Origin: Alphaproteobacteria bacterium
GTDB lineage: Bacteria; Pseudomonadota; Alphaproteobacteria; JAGOMX01
Length of the DNA: 30,805 bases
Assembly: GCA_016742295.1 (NCBI GenBank)
Contig: JACVCA010000001.1
Span: forward strand, 1 to 30,805
Direction: 5' to 3'
Shown: piece by piece, positions 28,227 to 30,805 of the stretch
How the letters are laid out: each line of letters opens with the position of its first letter
Position numbering within the stretch: the first letter of the stretch is position 1
Notes under the pieces: model-generated
What the model saw: only the letters and a program-made list of their open reading frames with translations
Databases searched by the model: none
Told to the model about the DNA's origin: nothing
Translations under genes and position numbers: made by a program

Positions 28227-28854
28227 GCTGTCCACCTTTTACCTGGCCCTTAACTTTAGAACCGCGTGTTAAAAAAACTTTACCATTACCCTCTTCAAAT
28301 GTAATATTTCCGGAAATAATCGAGTTTTTAAGAATAACGATTTGCCCCTTTTTATCTTCCGCATTACGACTTGTTCGCAGCTCAAGGTTTGTCGCATCAG
28401 AACCTTCAAAGGTAATTTTACGGGCGGCAATTGAAATCGGTCCTTTAAAATGTGAATCTCGTGCCTTCAAAGGGCCATTAATTTCAATTTTACCAGTGAC
28501 AGTCACCTTTTGAACCTTAACAGGCCCATTGAGCACTGCCTCATTAATAAAACTGCCTTTTAAATTACAGGGACCATTCACCACTAAGTTTTTAAACCTT
28601 GCATCTTCGGCATTCATCGGGCCAGAAATTTGCGCTGTTTCTGTCACTGTTGTTCCTTCAAAAACAGCAGGCCCATAAACTTGGACTTTAGATATGTTTT
28701 TTTTCTCATAACGCGCAAAGCCAAAATTTTGAACCGATGCCTGATTTGAGATATCACTACTATTGAGGGACGAAGTATCCGAGCTATTTTCAGCTATAGC
28801 TGAAACAATCGTAATGTTTGTTGCTAAAAATGTGAGGACAATAATTTTTTTCAT
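28213..28854 (-). CDS. Exported hypothetical protein with 16-17-aa [VIL]xGP beta-solenoid repeats (bactofilin-like pattern)
   Basis: AGGAG SD 7 nt upstream; signal peptide MKKIIVLTFLATNITIVSAIA; GP at residues 61, 78, 94, 110, 127; 14-bp tail-to-tail overlap with yejF. Confidence 0.8.
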   Translation of the reverse strand: MKKIIVLTFLATNITIVSAIAENSSDTSSLNSSDISNQASVQNFGFARYEKKNISKVQVYGPAVFEGTTVTETAQISGPMNAEDARFKNLVVNGPCNLKGSFINEAVLNGPVKVQKVTVTGKIEINGPLKARDSHFKGPISIAARKITFEGSDATNLELRTSRNAEDKKGQIVILKNSIISGNITFEEGNGKVFLTRGSKVKGQVKGGQLIEK

Positions 28855-29037
28855 AGAGATTCTCCTGGCTGTTAATAAATTTTCAACTACATATTTATGT
28901 CAAATTGGCATTTAGTCAAGCTAAATATATGAAAAATTATCAAAAGAGTATTTTAAAGTAAGTTTGAGAGTATATGAGAGCCTACTGCAATCTAAAGCAT
29001 TATCCAAAAATGGCTCTAAAGTGTAGATTAAAGAAGG

Positions 29038-29093
29038 GAGGGGTATGCTTTTTGCACATTGGATTGATGCTGCAAAAATTACACATACCCCTC
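29038..29093 (-). terminator. Long hairpin downstream of the 175-aa ORF, possible terminator
   Basis: Outer stem GAGGGGTATG/CATACCCCTC (10 bp), inner stem TTTTTGCA/TGCAAAAA (8 bp); followed by CCTTCTTT on the minus strand. Confidence 0.45.
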
Positions 29094-29111
29094 AAAGAGT
29101 ATCTTTATAGG

Positions 29112-29639
29112 TTACTCTACTTGGGTTTCTGTTACTGAAGAGTGATCTAAAGTATTTGCTCCTGGGTTAGAATCCATAGATTGATCTGAAACATTTTTTC
29201 CAGAGTTAGAATCCTTACTAGGATTAGTGTTAAAGATCTTGAAGGTAAACGTAAGATTTATGATGTCACTCCCAGAATTCTTAACATCGCACTTATAATA
29301 AGTGTAGTTATGTTTCTCGTTACTAGATTTAAGGGCCTCTGTATTTTCAGTAATCATGAAAACATAATTCTGAAGAAACTGTTCCTCTCCATTTGCCGAG
29401 TATCTAAGACGTAGAAGTTTAGACTTTTCAGGCTGGTCAATATCAATTTGAAATTTTTCTTGGCCTGCTGCAGTTTTAAATTGAACCTGTTTTGTTCCTT
29501 TTAGCAAAGCTTTAAGAAGGATTTCTTTATTTGAGGCCTCATTCAGGTCTAGAGCAGATGCATAACCCAAAGTTGTTAGAGAGGGGGTTAGTATCATCAT
29601 AGATAAAATTAATAAACTGCGTTTTAATAAAGCTGTCAT
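29112..29639 (-). CDS. Exported hypothetical protein (175 aa)
   Basis: Signal-peptide-like MTALLKRSLLILSMMILTPSLTTLGYA; GAGAG upstream; no family recognised. Confidence 0.7.
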   Translation of the reverse strand: MTALLKRSLLILSMMILTPSLTTLGYASALDLNEASNKEILLKALLKGTKQVQFKTAAGQEKFQIDIDQPEKSKLLRLRYSANGEEQFLQNYVFMITENTEALKSSNEKHNYTYYKCDVKNSGSDIINLTFTFKIFNTNPSKDSNSGKNVSDQSMDSNPGANTLDHSSVTETQVE

Positions 29640-29862
29640 TTTAAATTCTCTCGTTCAATATTGTAATGGTTATAATTTTGAGATTCCATCCGGAAAATTA
29701 CATTTACTTATCGCTAAATAAATAGTTTTTTCTTAGATGTTTATTTAACAATCATACACCCTTATTTTTATACCCGTCAAGAATAGCTTTACTAGAAAAT
29801 ATCGTTTAAGGCAGCGTATTGTAAGATTTCTTTATTTTTGCATCCCATGCTAGAATATTTTT

Positions 29863-30805
29863 ATGACTGAAATATTCCCTTCTTCCTTATACTCCTCATC
29901 CTTTAAGTTGGAGTCTACTTTTGCACCTGCAGGCGACCAACCCCAAGCTATCCAAAAGCTACTTGAGGGCATCCAACAGGGTGAGCGCAATCAGGTTCTT
30001 TTAGGGGTCACAGGGTCAGGAAAAACATTTACGATGGCTCATGTAATCCAAGAGCTTAATCGACCTACCCTTATTATGGCTCCAAATAAGACTCTAGCAG
30101 CTCAGCTGTATATGGAAATGAAAGAGCTGTTTCCTCATAATGCTGTCGAGTATTTTGTATCATATTATGATTACTACCAGCCGGAAGCTTATATTCCTCG
30201 AAGTGATACTTATATTGAAAAAGAAGCAACCATCAATGAAGAAATTGATCGTATGCGGCATTCAGCCACCCGCGCTCTGCTTGAGCGGCAAGATGTAATA
30301 ATTGTTGCCAGCGTATCTTGTATTTACGGTATTGGGTCAGTTGAAAGTTATAGTCGGATGGTTGTTAAGGTTGAAGCAGGAAAGACTATCGATCAATCCA
30401 CTCTCTTGAAACAATTAATTGCTCTTCAATATAAACGTAATGACATAAATTTTATCCGCGGCACTTTCCGGGTACGGGGCGATACACTTGAAATTTTTCC
30501 TGCCCATTATGAAAATCGAGCTTGGCGGCTTTCATTTTTTGGTGATGAACTGGAGAGCATTCACGAAGTTGATCCTTTAACTAACGAAAAAATAGCTCTC
30601 CTTGAGAATATCACTATCTTTGCCAATAGCCATTATGTCACTCCTGGTCCTACAATGCAGCAAGCAATCAAACAAATTAAAATAGATCTTAAAGACAGGT
30701 TAGAAGAGCTAAATAACACAAATCAGCTTGTCGAAGCCCAGCGACTTCAGCAACGCACAACCTTTGATTTAGAAATGATGCAAACCATGGGAATGTGCCC
30801 TGGAA
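29863..30805 (+). CDS. uvrB: Excinuclease ABC subunit B, 5' part (runs off the window; absent from the ORF track)
   Basis: My translation is open to the edge: [84 protein letters not shown]. Confidence 0.98.
   Translation, partial: MTEIFPSSLYSSSFKLESTFAPAGDQPQAIQKLLEGIQQGERNQVLLGVTGSGKTFTMAHVIQELNRPTLIMAPNKTLAAQLYMEMKELFPHNAVEYFVSYYDYYQPEAYIPRSDTYIEKEATINEEIDRMRHSATRALLERQDVIIVASVSCIYGIGSVESYSRMVVKVEAGKTIDQSTLLKQLIALQYKRNDINFIRGTFRVRGDTLEIFPAHYENRAWRLSFFGDELESIHEVDPLTNEKIALLENITIFANSHYVTPGPTMQQAIKQIKIDLKDRLEELNNTNQLVEAQRLQQRTTFDLEMMQTMGMCPG

Noticed and set aside
29640-29862. Alphaproteobacterial LexA box upstream of uvrB
   Set aside because: No GTTC-N7-GTTC or GAAC-N7-GAAC found; the single GTTC at 29653 has no partner.
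1-30805. Genome-wide reassignment of TAG to a sense codon
   Set aside because: TAG ends popZ, tolC, yraN, pstA, DUF819 and the beta-solenoid gene, mostly at family-typical C-termini, and only one internal TAG occurs among about 27 otherwise intact genes.
1-30805. CRISPR array, IS element, prophage or defence system
   Set aside because: No regularly spaced repeats and no transposase, integrase, phage or defence-domain motifs. YraN is nuclease-like but sits in its normal housekeeping cluster.

Overview
A gene-dense, AT-rich housekeeping window from an alphaproteobacterium. The gene set (popZ, pcm-tolC-popZ-valS, DUF3333-type pstA, cycM-yejABEF, MDWDKL-type LysR) and several orphan secreted proteins suggest a host-associated lineage such as Holosporales; this is inference. 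Order: valS (runs off the left edge), popZ, tolC, rhodanese, pcm, comM, BON lipoprotein, yraN, rsmI (all minus); then LppC-like lipoprotein, pstCAB-phoU, EamA, DUF819, hemB, exported NagZ-type GH3, zapE (plus); a small secreted ORF and a LysR (minus); cycM-yejABEF (plus); two orphan exported proteins (minus); 5' part of uvrB (plus). I found no tRNA, rRNA, CRISPR array, transposase or integrase. Main oddities: (1) one in-frame TAG interrupts the essential valS while the ValS frame continues past it; (2) a promoter- and terminator-bounded, highly structured ~150-170 nt minus-strand RNA candidate between comM and pcm; (3) a Zn-type (Cys-triad) HemB, atypical for alphaproteobacteria, coupled to a DUF819 membrane protein where phoB would usually lie; (4) a small SD-supported secreted peptide behind a VtlR/LsrB-like LysR; (5) an exported beta-solenoid orphan. 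I see no clearly complete novel multi-gene system; items 2-4 are the best leads.
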